64,000 bases of DNA. Origin: Barthelona sp. PCE. Its lineage: Eukaryota. Under the pieces are notes generated by a model. That model ran no database searches. It saw only the letters and a list, made by a program, of their open reading frames with translations, and was not told where the DNA came from. The stretch covers positions 62,001 to 126,000 of the forward strand of contig JAUFOR010000003.1 of the NCBI GenBank assembly GCA_040285745.1, in the 5' to 3' direction. Each line of letters starts with the position of its first letter. Position 1 is the first letter of the stretch. This document shows positions 1-10,474 of this stretch, in pieces. A program made the translations under genes and the position numbers.

Positions 1-734
1 AGAGCGTAATAGAGACGGATGTAAAGGGGATCATGTGAAAGAGCCTCCCACATAGTATCACCTGAGATACGCATAGTAGTCACCATACCACAATTCTGGC
101 ATCTAAGAACCGGCATTGAGAAGTAAAAGATGTTCTGGATAGGAACGTCCTTGGGGATCTTGACCTGTGCCTGCACCATGGCGAGAGATCCGCCAGTGCG
201 AACAGTTTTCCAGTGGCCAAGAGCAAGATAGAATGTGGCCTCTCCGCCTGTGAACTGGAAGTAGTGGCCGGGACATGTGCCTGGAGTGTACTTGGGGGTG
301 AAACTGTAATCACCAGAAAATGCAACATCATAAACAGATTTTCCAAGAGCCTTTGTAGCCTTCTCGAATTCCGAGCCTGTGAGGTCACGAACGTAATCAC
401 TGTATTGCTCCATGCTGTATTGACGAGTAAGACGGGAATCGGTAGAACAAGTCGAGATAATGATTGTCATTGCACCTGACTTTCTTAGTTCCATTTCAGC
501 TCTACGTGATTCTTCGGAGACGGTACCTGAGACCTTGACCTTGAACCAACTACGCTTCTTCTTGAGCGTTTCGATTCTGATGGTACTTGTAGAAATAACC
601 TTATCGTGACGAGTAACAGAGACAATTCTGCGAGAGGTAGGAATCCATGAGCCGGAACAGCCATTTCCGTTGGAAACATGTGCAAATACTTCACTTAGAA
701 GCAAGAAAAAAATCAAACACTGGTATACTTTCAT
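1..734 (-). CDS. Secreted/surface protein of unknown function, 3' end runs off the window (absent from ORF track)
   Basis: Manual translation from ATG at 734 gives MKVYQCLIFFLLLSEVFAHVSNGNGCSGSWIPTSRR... and stays open for 244 codons to the window edge. The N-terminus looks like a cleavable signal peptide (..SEVFA|H). Confidence 0.85.
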   Translation of the reverse strand, partial: MKVYQCLIFFLLLSEVFAHVSNGNGCSGSWIPTSRRIVSVTRHDKVISTSTIRIETLKKKRSWFKVKVSGTVSEESRRAEMELRKSGAMTIIISTCSTDSRLTRQYSMEQYSDYVRDLTGSEFEKATKALGKSVYDVAFSGDYSFTPKYTPGTCPGHYFQFTGGEATFYLALGHWKTVRTGGSLAMVQAQVKIPKDVPIQNIFYFSMPVLRCQNCGMVTTMRISGDTMWEALSHDPLYIRLYYA

Positions 735-736
735 CT

Positions 737-787
737 CTAAATGTTAGAATCTCATGTTGTTGCGTATTATCGCCAAACTAAGCATAC
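737..787 (-). other. Putative 51-nt spliceosomal intron in the 5' UTR, ending 2 nt before the ATG at 734
   Basis: Minus strand reads GTATGC...TTCTAACATTTAG|AG ATG. The 3' motif matches the two coding-region introns. The donor choice is less certain than the acceptor. Confidence 0.6.
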
Positions 788-1046
788 AAAACCTTTAAAA
801 AGAGATTAGAACAACTATAACAAAGAAAAGGATGATATTCGTTAAAACAATAGATAGTGCTTGTTTGTTCGTGTTGACTGGGTATGTTGTTTATTTTGAA
901 TCTATATACTTGTTTGAAAAGAATTTAACGCATGCTAGTATTGCCGGCTTGTAACAGTTATTTTATATTTTCATTTTCAGCATTAATTTTTATTTTAATC
1001 ACTCACATTACGCGAAATAGCAACCTTTAACATTATTTTAAAATCC

Positions 1047-1982
1047 TTAACGGCGACCGCGTGCTATATAGACACATGACCTGCTCCTGACACTTTTGAG
1101 GTCGCTCAACATCAAATCATCTGTGTAAGGTGCCTCAATAGGACCCACGGCATCATGTAGCTCACGCAGCGTCATGTCATCCAAAAAAGTGTAGCCTCCA
1201 CACACTGAACAATCATTGTTTCTTAGGATATCGGTGGTTGACAGCCCAACATCGAAGCACACGTACATGTTCTCCATCGGCACCAATCGCACCATCTGTG
1301 CGGCACACATTTCAGCTGTGGATAATGGGGTTATCTCCATTGATGCTCGCTCATGCCGCAAAAATTCATCTTGGGAAAATGCAATGCGAGCTGCATCGCA
1401 TGCTGTTACTGCTGCAGAACGACGCGCACTACTATTGAGCAGGCTGTATCCAGGAGATACCCTAAGAGCTGCAACCACATCATGGCATGTTTTTGATTCA
1501 ACTCTGATCGAGCAAAGTGTTGGAGCGCTATCGTATAAATCAGGATAGCAGCTCGGACAGGCCACCTCGCCCTCCAGTGAGAACCGTCGAGCATGCCACT
1601 TGTGAATAGCTGTGCCTCCCTCAATAATAATTGCGCTTGGGTTACGTTGTAGACAACAATCAAAAACAATTTTTCTGGCATCTAAAGAATCAACACACAC
1701 GAAATACAGATCACATACACATTTATCAAGAGGCAAATCCTCAAATCGATCCCTATATACCTTGCTTCGAGGATGTAGTTCACCTAGCACATCAACTTTG
1801 TACCGATCCACATCAGTGGATCGGTACAGCGGCTGATTGGACAAATTGTGTGGAGCAACTCGATCATAGTCCACGAGCGTGATTCGAGAAAACAGCCCAA
1901 AAAAAGCTAAATGTCGGAACACGCAAGATCCCAAACTACCACACCCTATTACGGCGCATGCCCTCCTGTCCTTAGCCCTCAT
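1047..1982 (-). CDS. UBA3: NEDD8-activating enzyme catalytic subunit Uba3-like (ThiF/E1 family), shortened
   Basis: VIGCGSLG nucleotide loop, DYDRVAPHNLSNQ, two CxxC Zn motifs (CPSC, CSVC), catalytic-Cys-like PTLCSIR, and WHARR matching the Uba3 G[HN]ARV selectivity region. Confidence 0.7.
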   Translation of the reverse strand: MRAKDRRACAVIGCGSLGSCVFRHLAFFGLFSRITLVDYDRVAPHNLSNQPLYRSTDVDRYKVDVLGELHPRSKVYRDRFEDLPLDKCVCDLYFVCVDSLDARKIVFDCCLQRNPSAIIIEGGTAIHKWHARRFSLEGEVACPSCYPDLYDSAPTLCSIRVESKTCHDVVAALRVSPGYSLLNSSARRSAAVTACDAARIAFSQDEFLRHERASMEITPLSTAEMCAAQMVRLVPMENMYVCFDVGLSTTDILRNNDCSVCGGYTFLDDMTLRELHDAVGPIEAPYTDDLMLSDLKSVRSRSCVYIARGRR

Positions 1983-2119
1983 TAATTCATATATAGATAG
2001 TGTACTGAAAGGGTTGTTTTACCACTTACACACTTTTCCCGCGGTTGCGCTGTTATGTTTGAGTTTACATGAGCTCAGCACTCCGATCAACATACCTGTA
2101 CACAGTTATCTTATCCGAA

Positions 2120-4369
2120 ATGGAAGAGATTAACGAGTTTGTGGGGCTTTGGGATAGTTTGCATATTTATGAAATGCAAAACACATACATACGATCCAGA
2201 CTGCTCAACTTCTTTGATATGGATGATAAGAAGCGTAAGGAGAAGCTCTCTATGTTCTTCGATACCCTTGCCAGTACTCACGATTTGCGTCTTTTGCTTG
2301 AGGAGTTGCACACACTCGTGTATATGGGCCTGGGGATGCCATGCGACGCGACATCTCCGACCTCGCAGCTGAGATACGCACAAGTCTTTTGTGATTACTT
2401 GCTAGAAATGGGGTTCTTCCCAGAATTCTTTAACTTACTTGTCCGCCTCGTATCGATGGACCAAGCCGTTGTGTCTGAGCACCTCACATCGCTCCTCACG
2501 GTCATCTATTGCTTCACACTGTTCCATCGTGAGAAACCTATCATGTATAGGCTGATAACAGTTAGCGATTTTAGGTATAAGTTTCCTTTTGTGTTTCAGA
2601 TCTTTCACATCCTCAGCAACATGCTTGACAACCTTTGGGTACCGATAAGGATGCTCTTAAAACTTGTCCAGGTATCTTTGAGCATTGTTTTTGATCACCA
2701 CGGGAGCATTGACGAGTTCGAGAATGACATAAACTGCCTTGACGATTTCACAGAGCCTACCGAGCCGCCTGTGTTCATTGTTGATCACTTTCTTCAAGAA
2801 ATTGAGTTCCAGTTCCCGAAGGGCGAGCGTGAGAATATTCCTTCGATTAAGAGGATACATAAATCCCTCTCAGACATGAAGGAGACGGGTAGTGCGTACA
2901 CACGCACTTTCAAGGAGGACGACGGGACACCGTGTGCTCTTAAAAGAAATGATTTTTTGAACAGTTTCTTTAAGTTCTTATTACCAAACATATCGCGGTA
3001 TATTGTGATTTTTTACCGAGTTTTTCTATCAGGCGCACCCAAAGCAGGCCACCTGACGCGCGCCCCATTTTTTGACATCAAGCGAAAGGAGAGCAACGGT
3101 AATCCATGGATGGTTGCAGAAATCTTTCCCCCGGCAATGGTTCATAATAATCCCAACGTTGAGTTGAGTGAAAGCCAAATGCTATCACAGTTTGGCGAGT
3201 ACCTGCACAAACATGCAGCTATCGAGTCACAAAGGAACGCCAACGATTTCATAGAGCTGGTTTTTGAAAGACAGAGACAGATCATCTTGAGAACAACGTT
3301 TTCTGTTGTCATGCTAATGACAGAGATATTTAAATTCACAATCAGGCCCCAATACGAGCTGATGCGCTTCTTACTCAAGGATTTGAAAGGGGTCTTACTG
3401 GTTAGCAAATTTTTAAATCAGGACCTCACCATGTTCCTCAAGAACCCATTAATTGACAGCTCAAATACACTCAGCGTGCGAAAGGAGAACCATGTTGTTG
3501 ACTGGCTCACACATCTTGTTTTTCCTCCAGTCAACCTCACATTTGCTCTTGTTCGTCAGAAAATATTCGGAAGTGCCATCCCCAAGACACCAGACAAGAT
3601 TGTTATTCCGGAGCTCAAAATAGACCCATCAGGGCTGAAGACCACAGACGCTACCTTGGATCTCGTCGAGGAAGAGCTCATGACTGCACATGGTAAGGAA
3701 GAAGTGCATCGTGCTAAGCTACTTGCTACAGCGAGTAAGGAGACATCACAAATGTCTATTTTCGATAGGCCTCCCGCAAGGTCGCGTATGAAGTCATGTG
3801 TGAGTGATGTTGACATTAAAAGTATGCACACTCTGATCAGTGCCCTCAGACTGCTTAACACACTGACATCTCAGCACCCTCCACAGTTCCCGCTTAACCC
3901 CGATATACCCGTTCCGCAGAGAGGTGAGAGATACTATATTGTACAGAGCAAGTTACACAATGTACTAGCAGTTTTGTTAAGCGTGATATCACACCCAGCG
4001 ACAGACACATACTCTGCAAAGATACTCCGCCGATGCCTGGTTGAGGCAGGGCGCCAGTTCTGCAACCGCAACCCACATATACTGACTACAATGTTCAAGA
4101 CTATATCTCTGAACTATTTGGATACCAGTTTTCACTTCACCTCTTCAGATCCCGATTTCATTAACGCAGAGCTCATTCAGAAGCGGAAGAAGGTGCTGTT
4201 GAGTAATTTTGAGCAGTGGAGGCTGCAGAATTTCGCAGGATGGTGGAAGCATGGATTATATGCTTCTGATTCGAACAGACACGGTGGAATTGATAATATC
4301 CATGAGTTTGTACGGTCAAAGGATCCATTGAGCCTTGCACGGTTTAGGAATGCACAGAAGTTAAAGTAA
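2120..4369 (+). CDS. FAR11: Far11/STRIP (STRIPAK complex) homolog
   Basis: RQRQIILRTTFSVVMLMTEIFK...QYELMRFLL...LLVSKFLNQD and ISALRLLNTLT...YSAKILRRCLVEAGRQFCNRN match the STRIP/Far11 C-terminal conserved blocks. Start taken at AA-ATG 2120; the track starts at 2069. Confidence 0.8.
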   Translation: MEEINEFVGLWDSLHIYEMQNTYIRSRLLNFFDMDDKKRKEKLSMFFDTLASTHDLRLLLEELHTLVYMGLGMPCDATSPTSQLRYAQVFCDYLLEMGFFPEFFNLLVRLVSMDQAVVSEHLTSLLTVIYCFTLFHREKPIMYRLITVSDFRYKFPFVFQIFHILSNMLDNLWVPIRMLLKLVQVSLSIVFDHHGSIDEFENDINCLDDFTEPTEPPVFIVDHFLQEIEFQFPKGERENIPSIKRIHKSLSDMKETGSAYTRTFKEDDGTPCALKRNDFLNSFFKFLLPNISRYIVIFYRVFLSGAPKAGHLTRAPFFDIKRKESNGNPWMVAEIFPPAMVHNNPNVELSESQMLSQFGEYLHKHAAIESQRNANDFIELVFERQRQIILRTTFSVVMLMTEIFKFTIRPQYELMRFLLKDLKGVLLVSKFLNQDLTMFLKNPLIDSSNTLSVRKENHVVDWLTHLVFPPVNLTFALVRQKIFGSAIPKTPDKIVIPELKIDPSGLKTTDATLDLVEEELMTAHGKEEVHRAKLLATASKETSQMSIFDRPPARSRMKSCVSDVDIKSMHTLISALRLLNTLTSQHPPQFPLNPDIPVPQRGERYYIVQSKLHNVLAVLLSVISHPATDTYSAKILRRCLVEAGRQFCNRNPHILTTMFKTISLNYLDTSFHFTSSDPDFINAELIQKRKKVLLSNFEQWRLQNFAGWWKHGLYASDSNRHGGIDNIHEFVRSKDPLSLARFRNAQKLK

Positions 4370-4375
4370 AAATTT

Positions 4376-4867
4376 TTATTCTTCAGTTTTTTCTTCCTCA
4401 ACAGTGTGCTCTAATAAACTATTCGTTACACATTCCCTAACCTTTTGAATGTAGAGATCTCTGTTTGTGGAGTACTGTGAAGCTGCCTGAACGTTCGCCG
4501 GACTGTTCACATTGGGATCTGTGAGTAATGACTGAATACTTGTTAGGATGCTTAGGCAATCATATGAGGCAGTCCAACGGTTCTGGAGGATGTCTAGACA
4601 TATTCTACCATCTGCGTAGATGTTAGGATGATGCATTACAGTGGAAAAAACAACCTTAGGTGGACTATGTGGGTAATCACTTGGAAAAGTAAGATTTAAC
4701 TTGAATATTCCACCCTCCCATTCGCTGTCCTCTGGACCAAAGATAAGTGCCGTCCAAAAAAACAAGTTTGATGCTTCTGGAAGTGCACTGATTCCCGATG
4801 GACGATCTCTATGTAATCTGTGGAGATCTCGGATGAGCCTATTGGTTGCAGTACTGTTTCCAGTCAT
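4376..4867 (-). CDS. RAD6: Ubiquitin-conjugating enzyme E2, Rad6/Ubc2 type
   Basis: STATNRLIRDL, IFGPEDSEWEGGIF, HPNIYADGRICLDILQNRW (catalytic Cys), SIQSLLTDPNVNSPAN. Confidence 0.92.
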   Translation of the reverse strand: MTGNSTATNRLIRDLHRLHRDRPSGISALPEASNLFFWTALIFGPEDSEWEGGIFKLNLTFPSDYPHSPPKVVFSTVMHHPNIYADGRICLDILQNRWTASYDCLSILTSIQSLLTDPNVNSPANVQAASQYSTNRDLYIQKVRECVTNSLLEHTVEEEKTEE

Positions 4868-5631
4868 TTAAATGATGATATTAGATGAGAAAGGGGCTAA
4901 AACAATATAACAAAGTTTTCTCTTTTTTTCAGTTCAAAATGCTTAAATAACGCTGTAATAACTCGTAATATAACCATTGGTACATGTGATTTAGTCAGAA
5001 ATAAAAATATTGGACCTTCTTGGGACATTGTAACTTTGGTTACATACCTTCTCACACAGTGCTCTTTTGGGCCTTTCACTTTCCCAAACCGTTACTGTAC
5101 CCACAAGATACAGGGATTGTAAAAACGAGGAAGATTTCTCTTCGTGCTTATGCTTGATGATGTTTAATCATAATAAAACGCACACTTTTTAGCATTTTAT
5201 TGATCTTTTTCCGGTCATAAAGATCGAACATTTAATAAGATAACAGATTTTCTTTTACCATTCTTTTTTAGCATCTTTTACATAAATATGGCAACCAACT
5301 TCTTACTTTTAGGAATATTTATTAGGAATAGAGGAGTAATTACAGCAAACGGTAAATATTCTTAGCCCAGGTTCATCTCATTAACTCTTAAAAGCTTTAC
5401 TGGCAGCATAAAAGGGGATAATCGATACTATTCCAGGCAAAGCGTAATATTTATACCATGAATATGGATATACGAACACAAAATTGTTTATCTTTGAATT
5501 AAACTGAGTATAGCTTCTTTCACAGTAGAATACCGGCTTTAAAACACGATACAACACTGTGCAAACGCAAAGAAGACATAGAATTCATGTAAAAATTTTT
5601 CAAACGTTCTTCATCCATTAGCATCTCGAAG

Positions 5632-6297
5632 ATGTATTATGATGATGACAGCGACTGGGGATCTGAGGGACGTCCTGTTACCCCTCATATCGAACCTTTG
5701 GTTACTAGAAAACCAATAGTAAGAAAATCAGAAACGAAGAAGCTGAATACAGCGAAGAAATCAGCGAGAGATATTCGCCAGGAACAAGACCCACGTTGGA
5801 AGACTACACCTATGCCTAAAATCGAACGAATTACACCCTTTCACAAAAATATGATTCGTACTTTACACAAAGGGGATCGTATGAGGCAATTAAGCGAGAC
5901 AACCAGAGAGCGTATCAGAGCACAGAAACAGAGACCTCAAACAGCTCCCATGCGCAACAAACGTCGTAAGGTAAGGAAAGTAAGACCAAAATCTGGTGCT
6001 TACTATGAGGGAAAGCAGATGAAGGAGTTTGAGTCACTCAATAAGACAGGATTTTTCTTTGACACAGGCAGCATTGAAGCACCAGCAGATAGGAGAAGTG
6101 CTTCAACCGACTACAGAGATCCACTGAAGCGTTACGGCCGTAAAACAGCAAGTTTGAAGGTTAGAGCCCTGGGAAAGATACCGAAGAAACGTCGACCTCG
6201 TTCTGTTCATGTTGCAATTCATCCAGCACGTTTTTCAATGAATTTATCAGTACCTTCGTTTGTGGACGCCCCAGTTCTTAATCCAAAGGGTGTATAG
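5632..6297 (+). CDS. Hypothetical basic, low-complexity protein
   Basis: 221-aa ATG ORF flanked by AT-rich spacers. K/R-rich, with recurring RPQTA/RPKSG/RPRSV motifs. Confidence 0.7.
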   Translation: MYYDDDSDWGSEGRPVTPHIEPLVTRKPIVRKSETKKLNTAKKSARDIRQEQDPRWKTTPMPKIERITPFHKNMIRTLHKGDRMRQLSETTRERIRAQKQRPQTAPMRNKRRKVRKVRPKSGAYYEGKQMKEFESLNKTGFFFDTGSIEAPADRRSASTDYRDPLKRYGRKTASLKVRALGKIPKKRRPRSVHVAIHPARFSMNLSVPSFVDAPVLNPKGV

Positions 6298-6560
6298 GTT
6301 GCTTATTTGTAAATTGATCTTGTATAAGTTTTCGTTATTGCAAAATTGGTTTAGTTATTATTCTAACAAGGTATTAAATGTCACTATCCACACGATCAAA
6401 AGTGAAACTGTTTGGAACATACAAGAAGGGCAAATATGATCACTCTTCTTGATCTTCACATTTTGAAACATGCAATGATAACAATGACGTGAAAATGCGC
6501 ATTTAAAGTAGTACATTCAATAAAACTTTAATGTGCTATATAATATTCCACCATTTTCCC

Positions 6561-7322
6561 ATGCCATCTTTTCGATATTCTGAAAATGAGGCTGCAGTTG
6601 TAATTCAAAGGGTTTTAAGGGGATATTTGACAAGAAAGAGAGTAAGAAAAGCACTTTTACACTTTAAGAAGCTTATGCGTAGAATGGGAAAAGAAATTGA
6701 CACTAGTAATGGATTTTACCATACAGTCCACGGCGATGCAGTTACATATGAGTCATGTGGAGTCCAGCATATGCTTGCAAGTCATCGAATTGCAGTGCAA
6801 ACAGATTTCCCCAATAGCTCTACGATTGCGGTTGATACCCACGTGGAGGAACCTGTTGTGGAGGAAAATGTGCCATCTGTCGTTGAAGAGACTGATCTTT
6901 CGATTGAAACTGTGAGTTCTTTACCAGGTTCCATCTCGTTTGCCAGTTCTTCTCCGATATCAAGTTCTCCAAACACAATAACAGCGTCTCAATCTCCACT
7001 TCCACTCCGTTACGGATTCAGGGACTGTCAGGAATCAGACACAATGGTGATTTCTCCCATACGCTCTCTTGAATTTGAAACCCCAGTTAAATCAGAAAAA
7101 GAGTCAGTTGAGCAACCACCCATACCGAAAGAGGTCACAGAAGACCCATCCGAGCCCGAAATACTTCCAAAGGCGGAGATCCCACTGGAGAGCATAGAGC
7201 TTAGCAATCCGTCTCCTCTTAAGCACAGTCAGTACTCGTTTGATAATGCAGAGGAGACACTGGAGGCCAAGTTCGAGCGCATGCGAAGGAAGCTTGCTCA
7301 GCACGTTCCGGATTACAGCTAG
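6561..7322 (+). CDS. IQ calmodulin-binding motif protein with a disordered acidic/Ser-Pro tail
   Basis: AAVVIQRVLRGYLTRKRVR is a canonical IQ motif near the N-terminus. Start ATG 6561 is preferred over 6531. Confidence 0.75.
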   Translation: MPSFRYSENEAAVVIQRVLRGYLTRKRVRKALLHFKKLMRRMGKEIDTSNGFYHTVHGDAVTYESCGVQHMLASHRIAVQTDFPNSSTIAVDTHVEEPVVEENVPSVVEETDLSIETVSSLPGSISFASSSPISSSPNTITASQSPLPLRYGFRDCQESDTMVISPIRSLEFETPVKSEKESVEQPPIPKEVTEDPSEPEILPKAEIPLESIELSNPSPLKHSQYSFDNAEETLEAKFERMRRKLAQHVPDYS

Positions 7323-7330
7323 GTTGAACC

Positions 7331-7375
7331 CAAAGCAAAACAAATCAAAACAAATCAGATTGAATCAGATTGAAT
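7331..7375. repeat. Degenerate 10-bp tandem repeat in the spacer between convergent genes
   Basis: caaagcaaaa caaatcaaaa caaatcagat tgaatcagat tgaat. Confidence 0.7.
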
Positions 7376-7380
7376 GTGTT

Positions 7381-9636
7381 TTATTGTGTTGAAGCATTGC
7401 TCAATGTTCTCCTACGTTCAATTTCATCATTCTCTTCATTGTACTCTTCGCTAGCATAGAATTCGATATCATCTTCATCTGTCGTCGTCATGTTGGACTC
7501 TCCATCCTCTTCAATGTCGCTCAATTGGGCAATTATATCTTCTTCTTCACTGAGAGGGTTCCGGATCATTGTTTCACTCTCTTCACCCAACTTACTCAAG
7601 TTGCTGCCTACAGAGCCCACGCGAGGAATTTCTTTTTCTTCCTGTTGTGAAATGCGGTCCAGTAAAAGGTTGAGATCTATGCTTGTCTCGTACAGGACAT
7701 GGCGCTTCTTCATGCCAAATTGCAGCAGATTTCGAATGTCAACTTCATGTGATAATGACATCAGTAACTGCTTCTCCGTCTGCAGCAAGCTTTCTCTGAA
7801 CAGGATGCGCACATCAGGTACATTTGTCTTACGGACCTCATTGGCTTCAATAGCGTTTTGGTTTGTATACTGTTCTCCGAGCCACGACACTTTTGATTCA
7901 TGGTCAAATCCGCTGTTAAGGCAACTGTTTCTCGCAATCTCGCACAGATCTGTGGACGAGAGCTTCCAGTACTGTCCAGCAATTGAGAACTCCTCCATCA
8001 GAGGCTCCTCTGTGAAATGGTGCTTCAATGGATCATCAGTCGAAAGCGTAACGTTGAGCCCGTTGCTGAAAAAAGTGGGGAACGGGTTGTCCTTGTACTC
8101 AATCGAGTTGCGATTGTTGCTTACAGGAGACATCGCAATCGGGATTTGACCGAGATAGAAGAGATACTGGAGAACGGGGTTGTTCTTGAGGTTGATGCCG
8201 TGAACAATGCCATGGCACGTCAGGTACGTGCTCGTTAGATGCTCCATTCCCCCACTCTCTCCGGCATGTGGTCTCAGCGCTATTGTGTTCATTCCGCAGT
8301 CATTCCTCAGACCGTTGAGCATGTAAAGGTTCGAATATAAGAAGTATACGTAGTAGCTGAACGGAGGGTCACGATGCGAAGTCCAGTTGCGTGGGGGCGA
8401 GAACTTCTTAAAAAACTGCCTCTCTGGCTTACTCTCATCATCAACCGTGTCAAAAGCAACAACGTGTTGCAGGAACCAGTGGAGGTAAGGGTGCGAAGAA
8501 GGATCGCGCGAGACCTGGAAAAGAGGTTCAAATATGTTGGCGAGATACTGCTCGAAATTTTCAACTACACCAGTTGCCTTATAGTGCGCATACAGACGTG
8601 GTATTTGGATGACCCAGCGCACATTGCGACTGGCAACCTTGTGCTTCACGAACCATCTGGCCAAACGGTCCCACTCGTTGATGTTACTTCCAAAAATGGT
8701 GAGACTCATTTCAGAGTGCTGGTACTTCTCTGATTCTAAGCGTCTCATTACCATCTTGATCATGTCTGCAAAGTACGCGCCCTCGATGAAATTATCAGTT
8801 TTTAAGAAGACTTTACGGAGGATTGACTCATTATTGGTATTAAAGTTGTTGTCCATGGAGTTGAAACGGAGTGTAGTGTGACAGTCAGACTCTATTTCGA
8901 GTGCGTCAAGGCCCATCTCGTACGGAGAGTATCCCATACATGTAAAAATATCTGGAAGAGTATACTTCTCACCTCTTCTATCTACAAACACCGTTCTATC
9001 CTGATCAGACATCAATTTCAATCTAATAAAGTCCAGCAGGAGCATCTTGTTCATCGCAGAGGCAGCATGTACGTGTGTGTCAACCTTACGGACATTATAA
9101 AAGTCACGGTGGCTAACTTCCTTTTGAAGACCCTTCTCGAGTTCCTTGTTCAGCATTTTGTACATACGAAATCTGTATCCAAGAAGATATAGACGGCGGT
9201 AGCAGAAGGCTTTGAGTTTGGCATAGCTAGAGAAATAGTTGAGAGAGTGTAAAATTCTAAAATACTCGTTCATGCTCGGAGCCAATTTGTGCATAGCTTT
9301 TTCTCCGTTTGTTGATGCAAAATAAAACCCATTAGAAACGTTGTAAAGGATCTCTATGTCATCCCTACTCGGCGGGAGATCAGTGATTGCAAATAGAGGA
9401 GGATCATTTGGCTTCTTGTCTGGGTAAAGCTTGCCCTTTTCTGGAGTATAAAGAAATCTCTTTCGCCAACCAACCATCTTAGCAACCAAAGCCGCGTTCT
9501 CTCTTGCAGTTCTGCTCCTAGGTTGATCATTTGGAGTAATTTTAACTTCACTGTGTTGCAATTCTAGTTGTGTGAGTAGAAATTCGTTGCTAGTGAACAA
9601 AGGATCGTCTTGCTGCAACCCATTGGGACTAGTCAT
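7381..9636 (-). CDS. AMPD: AMP deaminase (eukaryotic type)
   Basis: HRDFYNVRKVDTHVHA, LRPHAGE, TLSTDDP, EPLMEEFSIA, DLCEIARNS. Start MTSPNG (9636) preferred. Confidence 0.95.
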   Translation of the reverse strand: MTSPNGLQQDDPLFTSNEFLLTQLELQHSEVKITPNDQPRSRTARENAALVAKMVGWRKRFLYTPEKGKLYPDKKPNDPPLFAITDLPPSRDDIEILYNVSNGFYFASTNGEKAMHKLAPSMNEYFRILHSLNYFSSYAKLKAFCYRRLYLLGYRFRMYKMLNKELEKGLQKEVSHRDFYNVRKVDTHVHAASAMNKMLLLDFIRLKLMSDQDRTVFVDRRGEKYTLPDIFTCMGYSPYEMGLDALEIESDCHTTLRFNSMDNNFNTNNESILRKVFLKTDNFIEGAYFADMIKMVMRRLESEKYQHSEMSLTIFGSNINEWDRLARWFVKHKVASRNVRWVIQIPRLYAHYKATGVVENFEQYLANIFEPLFQVSRDPSSHPYLHWFLQHVVAFDTVDDESKPERQFFKKFSPPRNWTSHRDPPFSYYVYFLYSNLYMLNGLRNDCGMNTIALRPHAGESGGMEHLTSTYLTCHGIVHGINLKNNPVLQYLFYLGQIPIAMSPVSNNRNSIEYKDNPFPTFFSNGLNVTLSTDDPLKHHFTEEPLMEEFSIAGQYWKLSSTDLCEIARNSCLNSGFDHESKVSWLGEQYTNQNAIEANEVRKTNVPDVRILFRESLLQTEKQLLMSLSHEVDIRNLLQFGMKKRHVLYETSIDLNLLLDRISQQEEKEIPRVGSVGSNLSKLGEESETMIRNPLSEEEDIIAQLSDIEEDGESNMTTTDEDDIEFYASEEYNEENDEIERRRTLSNASTQ

Positions 9637-9934
9637 ATTGTAAAAGAGGTAATTAAGAGTAAAACGAAAATTTTGTGATGCAGTTGTAAAAAATCTTGTT
9701 TTCATCACGTTGACCGGTTACATACTATGTATCACCCACATTACAGCGATTAAGTAATTTTTAAATACAAAATACAATACCTGTGAATGAGTGGTAACAG
9801 AGATTGCTTTATGTGTGCTTTATTCATTGCTTAAAAGGTACTTTAGTATATGTATTGAACATTTGTTGAGTAAGTAATCAGAAATAAAGTATTAACTCGA
9901 TTTATTTTCTTCTCTAATGATTTAAGGCAATTTC

Positions 9935-10474
9935 TTATTCAAGGTTGATCTGATCACCAAACACTCTCTTAATGTCGCCCTTCAAGGCAACAATACTCTG
10001 GTTAACTGTGTCAAGGGACTTGCTCAGTTCTCTTTTTTCGTTCTGTAACTTGCTCTGCATACGTTCAACAGCATCGCTTGCATCCTCAGGGTCCATAGCC
10101 ACAAATGCCTCACCTAATTCCATGAAAATTTCTCCATCATCAAGAAATTCGATTTCTTCGGAAAGTCCATCCAGGTGGTTCAGTTTCTTCTCAACCTCGC
10201 TAATCTCGTCTTTGAGGAAAAGCATTCTGTTGTGTAGCACTGAAAATTCGCAAATCTTTTGCTGATCTTCATAAGTTACATCAATGTGTGCGCGTTGGTT
10301 CTTCTTAAGCTAAATGTCAGTGAATGCTATGTTAAAACGGTATTAGCGCACTCCCGTCTGCACAATATATGTGTGCAAATGCGGTACACGGAGTTATAGA
10401 ATCTTCTTAGCTTTGTGTAAATGCGTGATGTTATTCTACCGCTACACTGTACTCCATACGAATAATGTAGACAT
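9935..10474 (-). CDS. PFDN4: Prefoldin subunit 4; two exons (10474-10460 and 10309-9935)
   Basis: The spliced product MSTLF|LKKNQRAHIDVTYEDQQKICEFS...LGEAFV...LKGDIKRVFGDQINLE restores the PFDN4 V(T)xEDQQKI motif and the FGxxINLE end. Confidence 0.88.
10310..10459 (-). other. Spliceosomal intron, 150 nt, phase 0 (PFDN4)
   Basis: GTATGG...CACTGACATTTAG. It contains an in-frame TAG, and removing it joins an ATG exon in frame. Confidence 0.85.

Noticed and set aside
1047-4867. Apparent functional clustering of Uba3 with Rad6, and of Far11 with Tap42
   Set aside because: Uba3 charges Ubc12-type E2s, not Rad6; Far11 and Tap42 are 50 kb apart; the gene order looks random.
4897-5047. Possible 151-nt 5'-UTR intron of RAD6 (minus strand AG|GTATGT...TTTTAG)
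   Set aside because: The 3' end lacks the CTNAC-AYTTAG motif of the supported introns; a donor and AG at this spacing can arise by chance.
4870-5630. Largest intergenic gap, with small hairpins (ACGAGGA/TCTTCGT, GATCTTT/AAAGATC) and TGATGA boxes; possible ncRNA
   Set aside because: No properly spaced C/D pair and no snRNA, tRNA or RNase P/MRP signature recognised; an Rfam search would be needed.
7331-7375. Short repeats considered as CRISPR or telomeric
   Set aside because: No spacers, no cas genes and no G-rich telomere unit; a simple degenerate tandem repeat in a eukaryote.
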